Positions 24,542-37,218 are shown, numbered from the stretch's first letter. The stretch is DNA of 64,000 bases from Phaeosaccion multiseriatum (GCA_965112735.1 OZ218951.1:3844001-3908000), one strand, 5' to 3'. Program-made: numbers and translations. Notes: generated by a model not told the origin, from the sequence alone.

Positions 24542-25499
24542 CTATGACACTCTTGGTCGTTCAGCATCCTTGCCCATGAATTTCCTCTTGCTGAAGGACT
24601 GCCACCACTTGCTCTTGACGCCATCTCCATCAAACACCCGTACCAACAGTCGCCCCCCCAGCTCCTCCCGACACTGACGGAAGTAGGCTCTGAAGCTGTC
24701 TGTTGAACGAGGTGGTAGGTAGCAAGACGGGTTTGATATTCAGTTTGAAGCACCGTAGGCGGGGCCTCTATCCACTTCGAGCTCTCACCTTCCTCCTCTC
24801 GGCTTTGGGCCTTTGGAAACAGTGTTCCCAGCAGCCAACCACTCTCGCCTGAGCAAAGGAGGGTGGAAGAGGGACACGAGTGGGGCGAGGTCAGTGGAGT
24901 TTACCCAACTACCTTGTGGCGTGGTCTGCGTGGTCTACACCACTTGCCTGGGATTGGGAAAGCTTCCACGGCCAGGTTCGACAAGAGGCGGGTGGCCGTA
25001 GACTTGTCCTCTGTCTTCTCGAGCACCTGCACCGGTTGTGGTCGGGGGAAGTTACACTTAGACATACAGGTCATGCGGGTTGCGTTATCCCCGAGAGAAG
25101 TACCTTGAGGCAAGTCTGAATGTAGAAAGTGAGGTATATCAGAGTGCGGTCCTCGTTCCCATTCACGTCGAAGTTCCTAAAGAGCACGTTGGCTCGGAAG
25201 AAGAACAAAGCTTCCTCCACGATGTCGGTCGTCCCTGAGAGACACGACAGAGCGCCGGGAAGGTAAGACTACACGCTGCTCCTCACCCCCCTCCTCTTTC
25301 TCTCTCCTCACCCTCTGCAGCCAAGGGCGCTGGCCCACGGATCTTGGTGTTCAAAGGAAGTACAGAGCACCCGCACACAGAGTCGAAGGCGGCCCCGTCT
25401 GCCTTACTGTGGTAGGCAGGCTGAGCAGTAGGGCGCGGGCACAGGCAGCGTTACGAGAGGGCACATACTCCGGAGCATCCACTTCCCCTCACTCACCAT
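24542..25499 (-). CDS. ARPC3: Arp2/3 complex subunit 3 (p21-Arc), 6 exons; absent from the ORF track
   Basis: Spliced translation M|PAYHSK...LPLNTKIRGPAP...DIVEEALFFFRANVLFRNFDV...DRTLIYLTFYI...FPIPGE...FRAYFRQCREELG...SKWWQSFSKRKFMGK. Confidence 0.93.
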
Positions 25500-25640
25500 T
25501 CTGAGCTGTGAGAGCGAGATGGGTTTAGAGTCTAGAGGGGAAAAGAGGGAGGGAAAGATGAAGTTATGTCAACGATTGGATTGGGAGCCCTCTCTAGAAG
25601 AGAGGACTTTAAGACTTCCACGCCCCGGATAAGCTGCAGC

Positions 25641-26773
25641 ATGGCACTGAGAGGGCTGGTAGCGGTCTGTGGGCTTCTTCCTCACGCAGTCTGGGGTTTC
25701 CACTTCCCCGTCAACAGATTTGAGGCGGCAGCTGCGGTGCAGAGCAGCAGGAGGGTGGGGGGGGAGGGACGGAGTGGCAGCACGCCCTGTGGCTGTGGCA
25801 GTCCAGCTTCTGTGCTCTCGCGGGATGCTCCAGGCCACGGAAGGAGGGTCAGGCTACGGAGCACCTATGAGGACTTTCTGCGATCCGAGGGGATAGAAGA
25901 GGCCTTCAACATCAATCCGCCTGGCATTGAAAAAAAGGTGCGCACAATACCCGTGTCAAAATGATCGTATCTCATTGCCTCGGGCCTCGGACCGATCAAG
26001 GTGCTTGTATCACACTGCCTCGGGCCTCTGACCAGTGGCTTCTCGTCCTTGTGGTGTTGCTGGCAGATGTATCGAGATGTCGATGTCAAGGTGGTGTGCG
26101 AGTTGACCATGGGCGGCAATCAAGACTATCTGTACCTCGACGTCAGATCTGGAGAGGAACTGGAGGAGCTTGTCAAGCCAAGAAAGGCCGTCCATGTTCC
26201 AGGCTTCTACACAGAGGTAAGTTCGAGACCGGTACCATCCCGCGTTTCCCCGTTGGCGAGGGGCGTCTGTGTATGCGTGAGGGGTGCCACGTAAAGCCCT
26301 TTCCGGTTCATTGGATTTAAAGCTCCCCTCTTTCTCATCCAACCGGAACACCAAACCAATAAACGTGCGAGCAGGACGAGGAGAGCCCCTTCGAGGACTG
26401 CGAGTGGCTTGAAATGAGGACTGAATTTTTGGAAAAGGTGAGAGGCTTTATATATGCTGTGGGGTTGTCCGCTTTGCTCCAGAGCCTCCTGAAATGGATG
26501 GAGAGAGAAGTCCCCCCTGTGTGAAGCAAAGGATTGTTGACCCTCTTTGACCGTCCGTCCCTCGCCGGCCCATGCCCACATCCCTGCCAGGTGGAAGAAA
26601 TGCGCTTGAGCAAGAGCTTGGGCAAGGACGTACCCGTGTTAGTGGGGTGCAAGGCGGGGCTGAGGAGTTGCTACGCAGCGCAGTGGCTCGGGGAGGCAGG
26701 CTATACAGATGTGATGAATGTTGAGAGCAATAACTGGCTCGAAGTCGCGGACGGCAATAAAAAGGAAATGTGA
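25641..26773 (+). CDS. Rhodanese-like domain protein, predicted plastid-targeted, 4 exons
   Basis: YLDVRS.EE, AVHVP, active-site loop VGCKAGLRS, AQWL.EAGYTDV.NV. Leader ...AVWG-F. Confidence 0.8.
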
Positions 26774-26817
26774 GGGGCGGGTGGTTTGATATCAACAACG
26801 TGGGGCCACCCATCAGA

Positions 26818-28728
26818 TCATATTGGAGTTAGGCCATATGCCGAACAGAGTTTAGCCAGCCTCGCTGCAGCAGCCTCGTCTCCTCCGCTGGCCTGTGCCG
26901 CCCTCTCCAGCACCTGCTGCGCAGCGTCTTTGACCTCTCTGCTCAGCAGCGCCGCCGACAAGTCGAATCGCTTTGCCTTGGCCAGCCCCTTGAGCCACGC
27001 CACCGCCGTCTTGACTAAGCCCCCCTCGTCTCCCTCGCCCCCTCTTGGCAGTAGTGTATCGCGCAGGGCGAGCAGCACGCTTTCCAGAAAGTCTGTCTCC
27101 AGCACCGACTTCTTGAACACTTTGGCCAGCGTCGCGGGCGTAACGGCGCGGAGCAGGGCCTCCTCGGCGGCGGGCTTGCCTCGCACTGTCCTCCACATCG
27201 CCTCCACCTCGTAGGCAGACGCCGGCTGGTGCTTGCAAAATGGCGGAGGGTTGAGGCCTGACTTGTCAGACTTGGGGGGTGGGGGGGGCAGAGCCTGTTT
27301 GCTGGTGCTACTGCTGCTACTGCTGCTACTGCTGCTGCTGCTGCTCCTCTCCTGCCGCTGCGGTTGCTTTGGTTGGACATCCTCTCCCCGAAAGGGCGCA
27401 CATCCAAGCCCTGCCTCCGTCCCTGCGGCTCCCAGCCCACCCCCACTAGACACGGCAGATTCTTTCTCAGACGCGCTTTTTCGAAGGACGCCCTCCTCCA
27501 CCCCCTCTTCGGGCAGAGGGACTTGGCCTTCGCCCTCGCTTCCCTCCTGCTGCAGCGCTTCTATCTTTGCGGGAGGGCCATCTGTCGCTGACGTTTCGCG
27601 CTCTTTTGTCTGTGTGGGATGTTCATCTGTCACAGGCGCTTGGCACTCTTGTGTCTTCGCGCACTGAACATCCTCCGCTGCTGCTTCTACCGCTACTGTC
27701 GCTTCGGGGGGCGAGTTTGCTCGGCTTTCAAAGGCCCTTTGGGAGGGCAGTTGGCTGAGCTGCACGGGTATCTTGCGGAGCGGGGCTCGATGCATGGCAG
27801 CTTTGAGCATCTCCCTTGTCCTCCTCTCGTCCGCCACGAGGTTGCTCTGGCCCGGGCTGAGCTTCAGCGCTGCGAGTAAGTCCACGAGCGCTGCCCGGTG
27901 CTTGCCCAGCGCATTTCGGGCGGTGGCCCTCCTGTGCAGCGACTTTACGTGCGCAGGGTCAATGCGCAAGGCCATGCTGCAATCGCCGTCTGCCTTGTCA
28001 AACAGCTTTAGCTTAATGTGGGCCATTGCTCTGTTGGAAAAGGCCAGTGCGTTGTCACTCTTCATGCCCAAGCACCTGGTGTAGCACGAAATGGCTCTGG
28101 CAAAATCCCCACTAGCAAAGAACTTGTTTCCCCTGTCTCTCTCTGCGGCCTCCTGGTCCACAGTACTGACTGTACCAAGCGGGATGGGTACAGGCGCCCT
28201 GGCGTTCCTAGGCGCATTGGCAGTAATCGTAGCTGGAGTCCTAACAGCTGCTCGCCGCCTCCTCGCGGCCCTCACAGGAGCCTTCTTCCCCAATTCCTGC
28301 GCCTCCCCACCAACCTTCTCCACGCCATTAGCCTTCCCTTGGTCGTCGACTTGGTCCTCCTCATCCGCCGAAAGCAGCGCCGCGTCTACGTCAAAGTTCT
28401 CCCACTTCTTGTAGCCAACGTCGTATGTGTGTTGGGCCGCCGAGCCACCACCAGTGGCAGCCCCACTGCCGCCGTCGCCTTTACTCCCTGTCTCTGCTGC
28501 CTCCTGAGCCCCACTCGCAGCAGCGCTCTTTTTGCTCCTCATTGGCACCGCCCCCCCGCCTGACCTCACAGGAAGCGGGGCTGCCGCCCTTCCTCGCTTT
28601 CGATTGAGTCCATAGTCCTTCCGCTCGATCTCCCCCTCCCACTTGCCGAGATCGGCCAAGTACTCCTGCATCTCCTGCGCATTCTGGCGAATCTGGCTCT
28701 GGACCTTGAGCGCGTCGGGCTTCGTCAT
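26818..28728 (-). CDS. RPAP3: RPAP3/SPAG1-like TPR co-chaperone (R2TP complex), single exon, 636 aa
   Basis: N-terminal QIRQNAQEMQEYLADLGKWE. Carboxylate-clamp TPR (RDRGNKFF...SNRAMAHIKL...KSLHRRA). C-terminal RPAP3_C-like region (PASAYEVEAMWR...KRFDL). Confidence 0.82.
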   Translation of the reverse strand: MTKPDALKVQSQIRQNAQEMQEYLADLGKWEGEIERKDYGLNRKRGRAAAPLPVRSGGGAVPMRSKKSAAASGAQEAAETGSKGDGGSGAATGGGSAAQHTYDVGYKKWENFDVDAALLSADEEDQVDDQGKANGVEKVGGEAQELGKKAPVRAARRRRAAVRTPATITANAPRNARAPVPIPLGTVSTVDQEAAERDRGNKFFASGDFARAISCYTRCLGMKSDNALAFSNRAMAHIKLKLFDKADGDCSMALRIDPAHVKSLHRRATARNALGKHRAALVDLLAALKLSPGQSNLVADERRTREMLKAAMHRAPLRKIPVQLSQLPSQRAFESRANSPPEATVAVEAAAEDVQCAKTQECQAPVTDEHPTQTKERETSATDGPPAKIEALQQEGSEGEGQVPLPEEGVEEGVLRKSASEKESAVSSGGGLGAAGTEAGLGCAPFRGEDVQPKQPQRQERSSSSSSSSSSSSSTSKQALPPPPPKSDKSGLNPPPFCKHQPASAYEVEAMWRTVRGKPAAEEALLRAVTPATLAKVFKKSVLETDFLESVLLALRDTLLPRGGEGDEGGLVKTAVAWLKGLAKAKRFDLSAALLSREVKDAAQQVLERAAQASGGDEAAAARLAKLCSAYGLTPI

Positions 28729-29072
28729 GGTGCAGCCAGAGCAGCCAGCAAATGACTTTGGCAGGGCGAACGGTTGTGGACAATTTCAATTGTGTGGCCC
28801 TGCTTCACAGATGGCGAGGAGGAGGAGCACGGGGACCTCACCCCGAACCTTCGTCGTTTTGTTCCCCCGACCGCGCCCCCGCGCACACTAGAGGCGCTGG
28901 ACTATTATCTTTTCCTTCCCTTGTTGCCTGAATAAAAAAAGCCTCTATTAAAAATCTACGCAAATAAATAAATGGCTGTGCTCGTGTGTACCGGTGAAGT
29001 AAATCAAAACCGTATGTATATGAGCCCTCTGCTGCGCTGTGTCTATGTGCGCCCCCCCGGCTGTTGGCAACT

Positions 29073-31138
29073 CTATTTCTTGGCCTTGAAGAACTCCTTG
29101 CCGGAGAGCACCTTTGCGCTCTTAATAATATCTCCCTCCTTGACATCCTTGAGGAGGTCTTCCCCGTCCACTGTGTACCCAAACTCGGTGTACCTCCCAT
29201 CCAGCAGGTTCTTGCCCGCAGGCGTGAGATCACTCTCGAACAGCAGCCAGAAGAACTGCGAAGAGGCGCTGTCGGTCTCGAACTCCGTCCTGGCCATACC
29301 CAGCGCCCCGTAGGCCTGGAAGGGGAGCTTGGCCGCGGCGCCGCCCCTGCCCACGTCCTCCGAGGTGGCGCTGTAGATGGGCGCGTCGTCTCCTTCAAAG
29401 AAGACCTCGAGGGGGATGATCCTTGGGCTGGAGCTGCCCGAGGGGATGTAGCCTGTGTTCGGATCGGGTGGGGATTGGGTTGGTAAATGGCTTGGACGGA
29501 AATCCTTCCTCCAGCAACAACAAGAGACTCACCATCAACAGCGCCTTCTGGCTCCGGATCACCCGTTTGGACCACAAAGCCATCAGATCGGACGACGGGC
29601 CTGGAGAAAATTTCCCGACAAGCAGGAAGGAGTTCGTTTAGGAGAGAGGATGGGAGTGACGAGACATCGCCCAGGAAGCATTGCAAGCGAGCAATGGACC
29701 AATGGACCAAACACTTACAGCTTGTTGTAGAAGCCCTTCTCGATGAGGTCGAAGATGTTGCCGCACGTGATGGGAGCCGTGTACCCGTCGAGCACCATGG
29801 TGAGCTTCGCTTCGTCATAGAGCTTACCCTCAATGTCGAACTTCTCCCCCTTTCCGGGCTTGACGAGCACGAACTCGACAGTGGCCCTCCCTAGCAAGCG
29901 TGGAAGGTCATCATACTCATCCGGGATGGCCTTCTCCAGCTTTTCCGCGTACCCCGCGGGGACTGCGAGTTCCAACAGCTCGCCAATCTTGGCGGAGAGA
30001 GCTGTTTGCTTATCGTAGGCACTGTTGACGTTTGAAGCGGAAGGGGAAGGGGAAGGGGAAGGTAAGTGTGCGTGTATGCTTCATCCCTCTGCCCAGCGTG
30101 ATGGGTACGACAAGTCCCTCCCTCCCACCAGCCGCACTCAGCCCCCCCCCCCAAAACAACCTCCTTCTCTCTCTTGTCACCTGTCCAGCTTGGCGCGCTC
30201 TGCCACGGTGCCCGTTCCCTCCTTGGACGCGAGGATGCTCTCGAGCAGGTCGATTTGGGGGCCCACCTCCTCAATGATCTTCTGTGCCTGAGCCTTGGAG
30301 TCCTCCCGTACAGCCGCCAAAATGTCCGTCTTCTTGCTCTTTAGGATGGAGCGCGCCTTTTGGCACCCACTGATGCCCCTGCTCCACGTCTTGAGCAGGA
30401 TGTCGGACTTGACTCCCTCTGTCGCCTCCTGCAAAGCTCGCAGCGGCTTGGACTTGATGGGTAGGCCAAGACGGAGGAGAGAAATGGGGTCCTTGTTCAC
30501 TCGGCTTCCCTGCACAGTCGAGAGCGCAGTGGGACAAGGGTGAGGGGGACGACACGAGAGGAGAAGCAGCATGAGGGTGGAATGAGCTCCCTGTACTTAC
30601 CGACCCCGAAGAGAGTCCAGCTGCAGCCGCTGGAGACGTCTTCGCCACGCTACCCAAGGCCACAGCCGCCGTCGACGCGATCATAGTCTTGCCAAACTGG
30701 CCTAAGGTGGTGTGGGGCAAGGAGGGAGAGGGAGTGAGTCCCAGGGAGGCCAGGGTGAGATGTGCGAGTCCTGCTTCCCAAAGCTGTTGGCCACCACCAC
30801 TACCACCAAGAGCAGCAGCAGCGCCAGCAGCAGGAGCATTACAACAGTAGTAACCGTAGCGACCAACATAAGCAGCAGAGGAGTTTGTTCGGCCAACGCG
30901 CCGCGTTGTCCTTCCCGGACGCGCGGTTCCCTCTCGCCCTTTCCGAAATCGTCCGCTCACCTCGGTTAAGGCCTTCGCCACCCTCGGTCGCCGACATGGA
31001 GAGTGCCCTCCTCGAGCTTCTCCTCGCCTCGGTGCCACAAGAGAGAGCCCTCGTTTTGGGCGCAAACGCAAAGGCATCCACACGGCTCGACTGCTCCAAG
31101 CAAGTCGCCGCTGCCAGGCAAGCCACGAACGCCTTCAT
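29073..31138 (-). CDS. CYP38: Thylakoid cyclophilin-type PPIase, CYP38/TLP40-like, multi-exon
   Basis: NKDPISLLRLGLPI, LPRLLGRATV, LDGYTAPITCGNI, DGFVVQTGDP, PFQAYGALGMAR, SSQFFWLL.ESDLTPAG.NLLDGRY. Bipartite leader VDA-FAFAP. Confidence 0.85.
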
Positions 31139-31350
31139 CGCGCCTTCCTGCTTCCTCCGCTCAGCCTAGTGCTGCGCTGTCGAGGTTGTTCACAATCCTC
31201 CCTTCGGTGCGAATGGTTGTTTGTCATGTGTCATGCCGACTCAGTCTTGGGGTGATGTGAGAGGTATATGGGCAGAGCCGATGGGGCCTTACTGTACTTG
31301 ACACACAAACCCTTTCCCCGCTTTAAAGAGGATAAAAACAGCTTATAACC

Positions 31351-32149
31351 ATGCCGGCCACAGCAGGTACGCCACTCCGGCAACTCAATGTTTGCCCTCC
31401 GCTCCCCGCTGCCCCTCCGCCCCCTGACCCAACCCAACCTGCTCTCATCTCTCCTCAACTGATTGCTCCCTCTTCCCCGCTCCGTCTCTGTCTCTGTCAC
31501 CTCAGGTCGTGTCCGCATGCCGGCTAACAACCGTATGTCCAGCAGTGCTGCGCTGCGAATGACCAGCATCTGGACAAATACCATCGGCCATGACCCTTAC
31601 GCAGCGGAGGCGAGTGCGGAGACAGAGGCGGAGAAGGAGGCCTCAATCAACGCCTACGAGCAGAGCAAAGGGCTGATGGAGCTTGCCAAGCTCTCCAACC
31701 AAGGCATGACTGAGTCTAGGGGAGCTTGTAAGAAGTGTGGTATGGTGGGCCACCTGACGTTCCAGTGCAGAAATCACTTGCAGCCTACTTCCAAGCCAAA
31801 GGCAGGGGCCGGGGGGGGGGGCGGGCTGCGCCATGGCGGCGACGAGGACAGTGACGCCAGCTTGGACGATGTCAGCGATGTCTCGTCCGTCTCGTCCGTC
31901 TCTGATAGCGAGGATGACTCCGCGGAGGACAAGAAGGGAAGCAGAAGAGGCGCGGAGAAGAGCAGCGGCAGCAGCAGCAAGAAGAGGAAGAGGGTCGAGA
32001 GTGGGTCTCCAGGGAGGGAGCACAAGAGGGAGGAGAGGCGGGAGAAGAAGAGCAAGAAGGAGAAGAAGAGCAAGAAGGAGAAGAAGAGCAAGAAGGAGAG
32101 GAAGAGGAAGCACAAGGACTCCAAGAGATCAAGAAAGGAGGCAAGATAG
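31351..32149 (+). CDS. CXIP4: CAX-interacting protein 4 / SREK1IP1-like zinc-knuckle protein, 2 exons
   Basis: Spliced N-terminus MPATA|GRVRMPANNRMSSSAAL...IGHDPYA matches plant CXIP4 as recalled. CKKCGMVGHLTFQC knuckle. Lys-rich tail. Intron 31367-31505. Confidence 0.85.
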
Positions 32150-32282
32150 CGTGAGGCCGAGTCAAGGGGCTCTATGGTATGGCATTACTCGTACATAGAA
32201 TGGATGTGTATATATACATAATCATAATATATATAAATGCATATTGAAAACATTGTTGCCGCTCTTCTCTCGGCAAAATGGT

Positions 32283-33278
32283 TTAAAACGAAAAGCCCTT
32301 GTCCGCCAGCATGGCGACGGACGTGTCCCAAAGCCGCTGCTGATTCTGCGCGTCCCTGGCGCTGCTGGAGCACTCGGCCCTCTTCAACAGGTTCATGTAG
32401 TCGCCCCCCGACACGGCGTCTCTCTCCGTGGCCGCGTACACCAGCGCCCGCCCAGCCTCCGCGGGACTCGTCATGACGCCTGGAACCCACTCCAGGGCCG
32501 GGTACAGCCAACTGAGGAGCTTGCTGTTGCGCTGGATGTTGGTGTTGACCAGGCCCGGCCGCACAGTCACAAACTCTACGCGGCCGTCTTGGCCTACTGT
32601 CGTTTGGAAGAGCTGCGCCGAGGCTGTTTGGTAGAGCTTCGTGTTAGCATACACGGCCCACTTGCCGTAGCTCTGTTCCGAGTTGAGATTGTCCCAGTCA
32701 AAGCGCCCGTTCCGGTGCTGCGTACTTGACACGAGGACGACCCTCGATGGCTGCTGCTGTGGTAGTTGTGTGCCGGAGCGGGGAAAGCCCACCGCCGCGC
32801 CCGCCCGCAGATGGGGCAGCAGCAAGTTGGTCAGCAAAAAGGGCGCCAAGTGGTTGCACTGAAACGTGAGCTCCAGGCCATCCTTGGTCAGCGTCTTGTC
32901 CGGGACCGCCAGCACCCCTGCGTTGGACACAAAACAGTTGATCGCCCTGTCCTTCAGCTCGTCGCAAGCCAAGCGAACCACGCTGGAGAGGTTGGCCAGA
33001 TCCAGGTGGCGGCACTCTACGCTCGCCGAGGGGTGGCGCTCCCGAATGAGATGAGCTGCTTCTCGACAAGCCTCGTCGTTTCGGCACGCGAGAATCACGT
33101 GGTAACCATGTTCACCAGCCAGCTGCGCGGCGCACTCCAGGCCAATACCTCTTTACGATACACACGACGGTGTGAGAGGGGAAACATCGAGCGAGCCCCC
33201 TCAAAACACATCCGAAAAAGCTCACCGATTCGCTCCAGACACCAAAGCAACGGGGCGGGCGAGCTCGAGAGCCTTCAT
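32283..33278 (-). CDS. Short-chain dehydrogenase/reductase (retinol dehydrogenase/WWOX-like); start uncertain (33278 or upstream 33497/33533)
   Basis: VSGANR|GIG Rossmann motif across an intron, LACRN, LDLA, SNAGV, NHLAPFLLTNLL, catalytic YANTK. Confidence 0.88.
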
Positions 33279-33541
33279 GGAAGGGAAGAGAGCTAGAGAA
33301 ACCACAACACCCCCCCAGCGGAGAGGGCGCATGAGGGAAACCAGAAACCAAGCAAAGAGGGGGGAGAATGTGAGAAGGAAGGCAAGGTTGGGAGGGGGGG
33401 GTCCCATCTTCTCCCGGGGTGAATTACGTAAGCTTGCATAAGGGATTCCTAAAGGGCTGCCGCGAGGCACTTTCACCAGTGAAGTCTCCACACCCATAAA
33501 ACTCTCCGAGAAAACAGCAAGTCTACACCACATAGGAGAGG

Positions 33542-35453
33542 ATGATGTTCGGAAGGGCCCTCAAGTTCTTGGGGGGAGCCGCGCTCGCTGTGGCCGCCGT
33601 AGCCGTCGAGGTGAGGCGAAACATTCGGTGTGGGGATGGGGGAGGAACATCGGCCAGACTCAAGAAGAGAAGCTGGGTGTGCTAGCCGGGAGGGGAGAGA
33701 GGGACGGATGCGGAATGGCTGTCTGCTTTGCTGCAGCTTGCTGCTCGCTGGTGGGCGGCGGAGGAGCTGCCCGGATGAATATATCTTTCGTGTTCGCCGG
33801 AGGTGGAACGGAAGGGCGCTGTGCCCGCCACGCTGCTTCACGGACTCCGATCATAATCCACCCCCCCCGGCTCTCTCTCTGCCCCGCCCCTTGTATTCCT
33901 ATAGATCCCCACAGAGGAGGACGTGCTGGTGCTGGACGTCGACAACTTTGACGCCGCCATTGAGAAGTACCCCAGTCTGCTGGTGGAGTTCTACGCCCCA
34001 TGGTGCGGGCACTGCAAAAAGCTGGCACCCGAGTACGCAGCGGCAGCAGGAGTGCTCAAGGAGGAGGATCTATTCATCGCAAAGGTGAGAGCGAAGGTTT
34101 GGGGGGGGGAGGTGGACGTATTTGCCGCCGGGCGCTTTGGTTATCTCCTGCTGTCTTCGCCCACCTTCTCACTCCGCCTCTAAAGGAACTAGCGCGGAAC
34201 TTGTGTTTGCTCAGGTTGACGCTGCGGAGCACAGCTCGCTCGCAGGCAAGTATGGAGTGCGCGGCTTCCCCACGCTGAAGTTCTTCAAGGGGGGCAACCC
34301 CATGGACTATGATGGCGCCCGCAGCAAGGATGCCATTGTGAACTATGTCCGTGCCAAGTCCGGCCCTGCCGCCAAGCCCCTGGCCTCCGCGGATGAGCTC
34401 AAGGCGTTCCAGGACAGCGCCGACGCCGTGCTTGTAGGAGCCTTCGCTGATGCGGAGTCTGAGCCCGCGAAGCAGTTCGCCGCTGCGTGCCTCGCCATGA
34501 ACGACCTGCAGTGCGGTATCATCACTGACGCGGCTGTGGCCAAGGCTGCATCCCTCGACATGGGCACGGCCAACGTGCTCAAGACCTTCGATGACCTCAA
34601 AAACACGCTCAAGGTGGACGCAGAGGCCACCCCCGAACAGATTACCACATTCGCTTCCACCTACGCCATGAAGCTGTTCACTGTCTTCACTGTGGAGAAC
34701 GCGCAGGCCGTGTTCGGCGGGCCCGTCAAGGTGCACGTGCTGCTTTTCGTCGACGACGTAGAGGGAGCCGAGGCCCAGGCCGCGCAGAAGGACCTCAAGG
34801 AGCTTGCGGAGGCCCAGAGGGGGGAGTGCCTGCACGTGCTCGTGGCCAAGACCGAGACGCGCATCACAGAGTACTTTGGCATCACGGAGTTCCCCGCGGT
34901 GGCCATTGCTGACATGCGCGGCGAGATGAAGAGGTATCTGCCCGAGACGGTGGACCTCAGCAAGGATGCCATGACCAAGTTCGAGGAGGACTTCTTTGCC
35001 GGCAAGCTCACCCCCAGCCTCAAGTCCGAGGAGCCAGAGGAGGCGGACCTGGCGGAGCCAGTCAAGGTTGTCAAGGGAAAGAGCTTCAACGACGTTGTCA
35101 TTGACAATGACAAGGATGTGCTCATGGAGTTCTACGCGCCATGGTGCGGGCACTGCAAGGCTCTGGCCCCCAAGTACGACGAGCTGGCCAAGAGCCTGGA
35201 GCACGTCAGCACGCTCACCATTGCCAAGATGGACTCAACGGCCAACGAGATTGACCACCCCAACGTCAGCGTGTCGGGCTTCCCCACGCTGCTCTTCTTC
35301 CCCGGAAACGACAAGCAGAACCCCGTCACGTACAGCGGCGCAAGGGAAGCGGCAGACATGGCCCAGTGGCTCAGTGAGAACGCCGTGACCAAGTTTGAGC
35401 TCAAGGAGGCAGCAGCGGTCGGCGACGGGGGGGATGCCAAGGAGGAGCTGTAG
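33542..35453 (+). CDS. PDI: Protein disulfide isomerase (a-b-b'-a'), ER-resident, 3 exons
   Basis: Signal peptide, two WCGHC sites, GFPTL motifs, C-terminal KEEL. Confidence 0.95.
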
Positions 35454-35623
35454 TCAGAGCTGTAGTCAGTCAGCGCATCTCTCTCTCTTCTCTCTCTGTA
35501 TTCGCTCAATGCGGTTTTTGGGTGTGTAGGCAAAAAGGTTGTGCATTTTACAATACAACATAGCACGGGAAAAGGCTTGTGTTTGTAATCATGAATATTA
35601 TACATAAGTAACACATCTTCACA

Positions 35624-37107
35624 TCATGTGGGCGGATGGGATTGGGATTGGGATGCATCCTTGGTCGTAATCTCCTCGCTTATCTGCTGCTGCAGCTTGG
35701 CCTGCGCCGCCACGTGGTCCTGCAGAGTCCTTTGCAGGTGGCGCTGCTCCTTGACCAGCAGGGCGCTGAGCTCGTGTATGACCTGCATGTTGTGCGCCTC
35801 CAGAATGCCTCGCAGCGCCTCCTCCACCTCCTCTGACCCCCCCGCGCCATCGCCATCCACGCCCCCCCCGCCGCCCGACCGAGGCTGCAGGCTCTTCCAG
35901 CCCTCCCCCGAGCAGAACTGCCTAAACTTGTCCCTCAGCCGCAAGTCGTAAAACTCGCGGAACTCCTCCTTGGAGCGGGCGTAGTGCAGGCGGTACTTTT
36001 GGAGGTGGCTCTTGATGTGCTCCGTGGTGAGCTTCTCCGTGTCCGGCATGAGCTTCATGAGCACCTATATAGTGCGGGTGAGGAGGAGGCAGGGTGGAGG
36101 GAGGGCGTATGTTCAGAGAGAAGTTGTGCCAAAAAGATTGATTGTACGGCTCTCGTTCGTTCGTACCTTGGGCGAAGAGTGTTTGAGACCCAATTCAAAG
36201 AGCAACGTGGCGAAGGTGGATTCGAGGTCGGGCGGAAGCTGCTGTTCCATGAGCTCGTCGGTCCAGCGAAAGTAGCCCTCTCCGTAAAAGTCGTCCTTCC
36301 GCCGCTTGCGCTTCAGGCCGTTGCCACCGCCGCTCCTGCCTCCCCCCGCCTCGCTCCGCTTCCCGCCCCCGCCCCCGTCCCTGCCGGAGCCGCCGCTGTC
36401 GCTCCTCCGTGTGCGCGCACCCAGCCGCAAGGGGCTCGAAAAGGCCGCGGCCGAGGCCAGCGAAGAGACGTCTCCATCTCCTACTGCTGCGTAAGCGCCT
36501 TCCGTATCGTCGACGCTCCTCCTGCCTGCTTCTCTGTGCCCGTCATCCACCTCGTGGTAACCGTCCTTCGCCCCCCCATTGTTGCTCGTGTAGTAGGAAT
36601 TATGCTCCTCGTTGCAGCTGCTACTCCTGCCAAACGCGCTGCCATCGAAGCCAGCCTTCCCAACCTTCTCCACGTGTACACTAATGCCATTGCCCACATG
36701 TGCATTGGTGCTGGCATCCTCTTCTTGCTTGCCGCTGCTGCTGCTGCTGCTGCTGGTGCTGCCATTCGCACTTCGGGCAGGGTGACTGTTGCACACACCA
36801 AACTCTTGGAGGTGGCGCTCTTCGTGTGCCATTGCGTCGTGCCCAAAGTACCGCAAGGAATGCCTCTGGTCGTGCCCTCCAGCGTCACCCAACCAGATAG
36901 GCAAACGAAGGAAAGTCGTCAGACGACGGATAGAGAGGACCTCAACGTCTTGGGTGAACAAATAGTGGAGGAGAGAGAAAGAGAGCTAGAGAGAGAGTGA
37001 GAGAGGAAGAGAGAGAGAGAAGGGAGGTAATAAAGACACTCTTGGGGGAATGGGGTTGAGAAGAGGTCGTTGGAAAGAATCTCACGTTCATCGCCATTAA
37101 TTGCCAT
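35624..37107 (-). CDS. GARP/G2-like (SHAQKYF-class) Myb transcription factor; 5' end uncertain
   Basis: FRWTDEL...FELGLKHSSPK|VLMKLM...LTTEHIKSHLQKYRL across intron ~36066-36165. C-terminal Gln-rich coiled coil. Confidence 0.8.
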
Positions 37108-37218
37108 CCTCCTTTCAATGACTTGCTTATTTCTTTTTCTTTTCCCCCCTATCTCTCTTTTCTACAGTATTGACCCGCCAGGGAATGCAATCATACCGGA
37201 GAACCCGCCAGCCTCATC

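Noticed and set aside
33497-33542. SDR and PDI start codons only 8 bp apart
   Set aside because: SDR can start at 33278 (MKALELARPVALVSG), so the extreme overlap is unsupported.
34074-35204. 376-aa ORF antisense to PDI (and similar long antisense ORFs elsewhere)
   Set aside because: Shadow of strong GC3 codon bias in a highly expressed gene.
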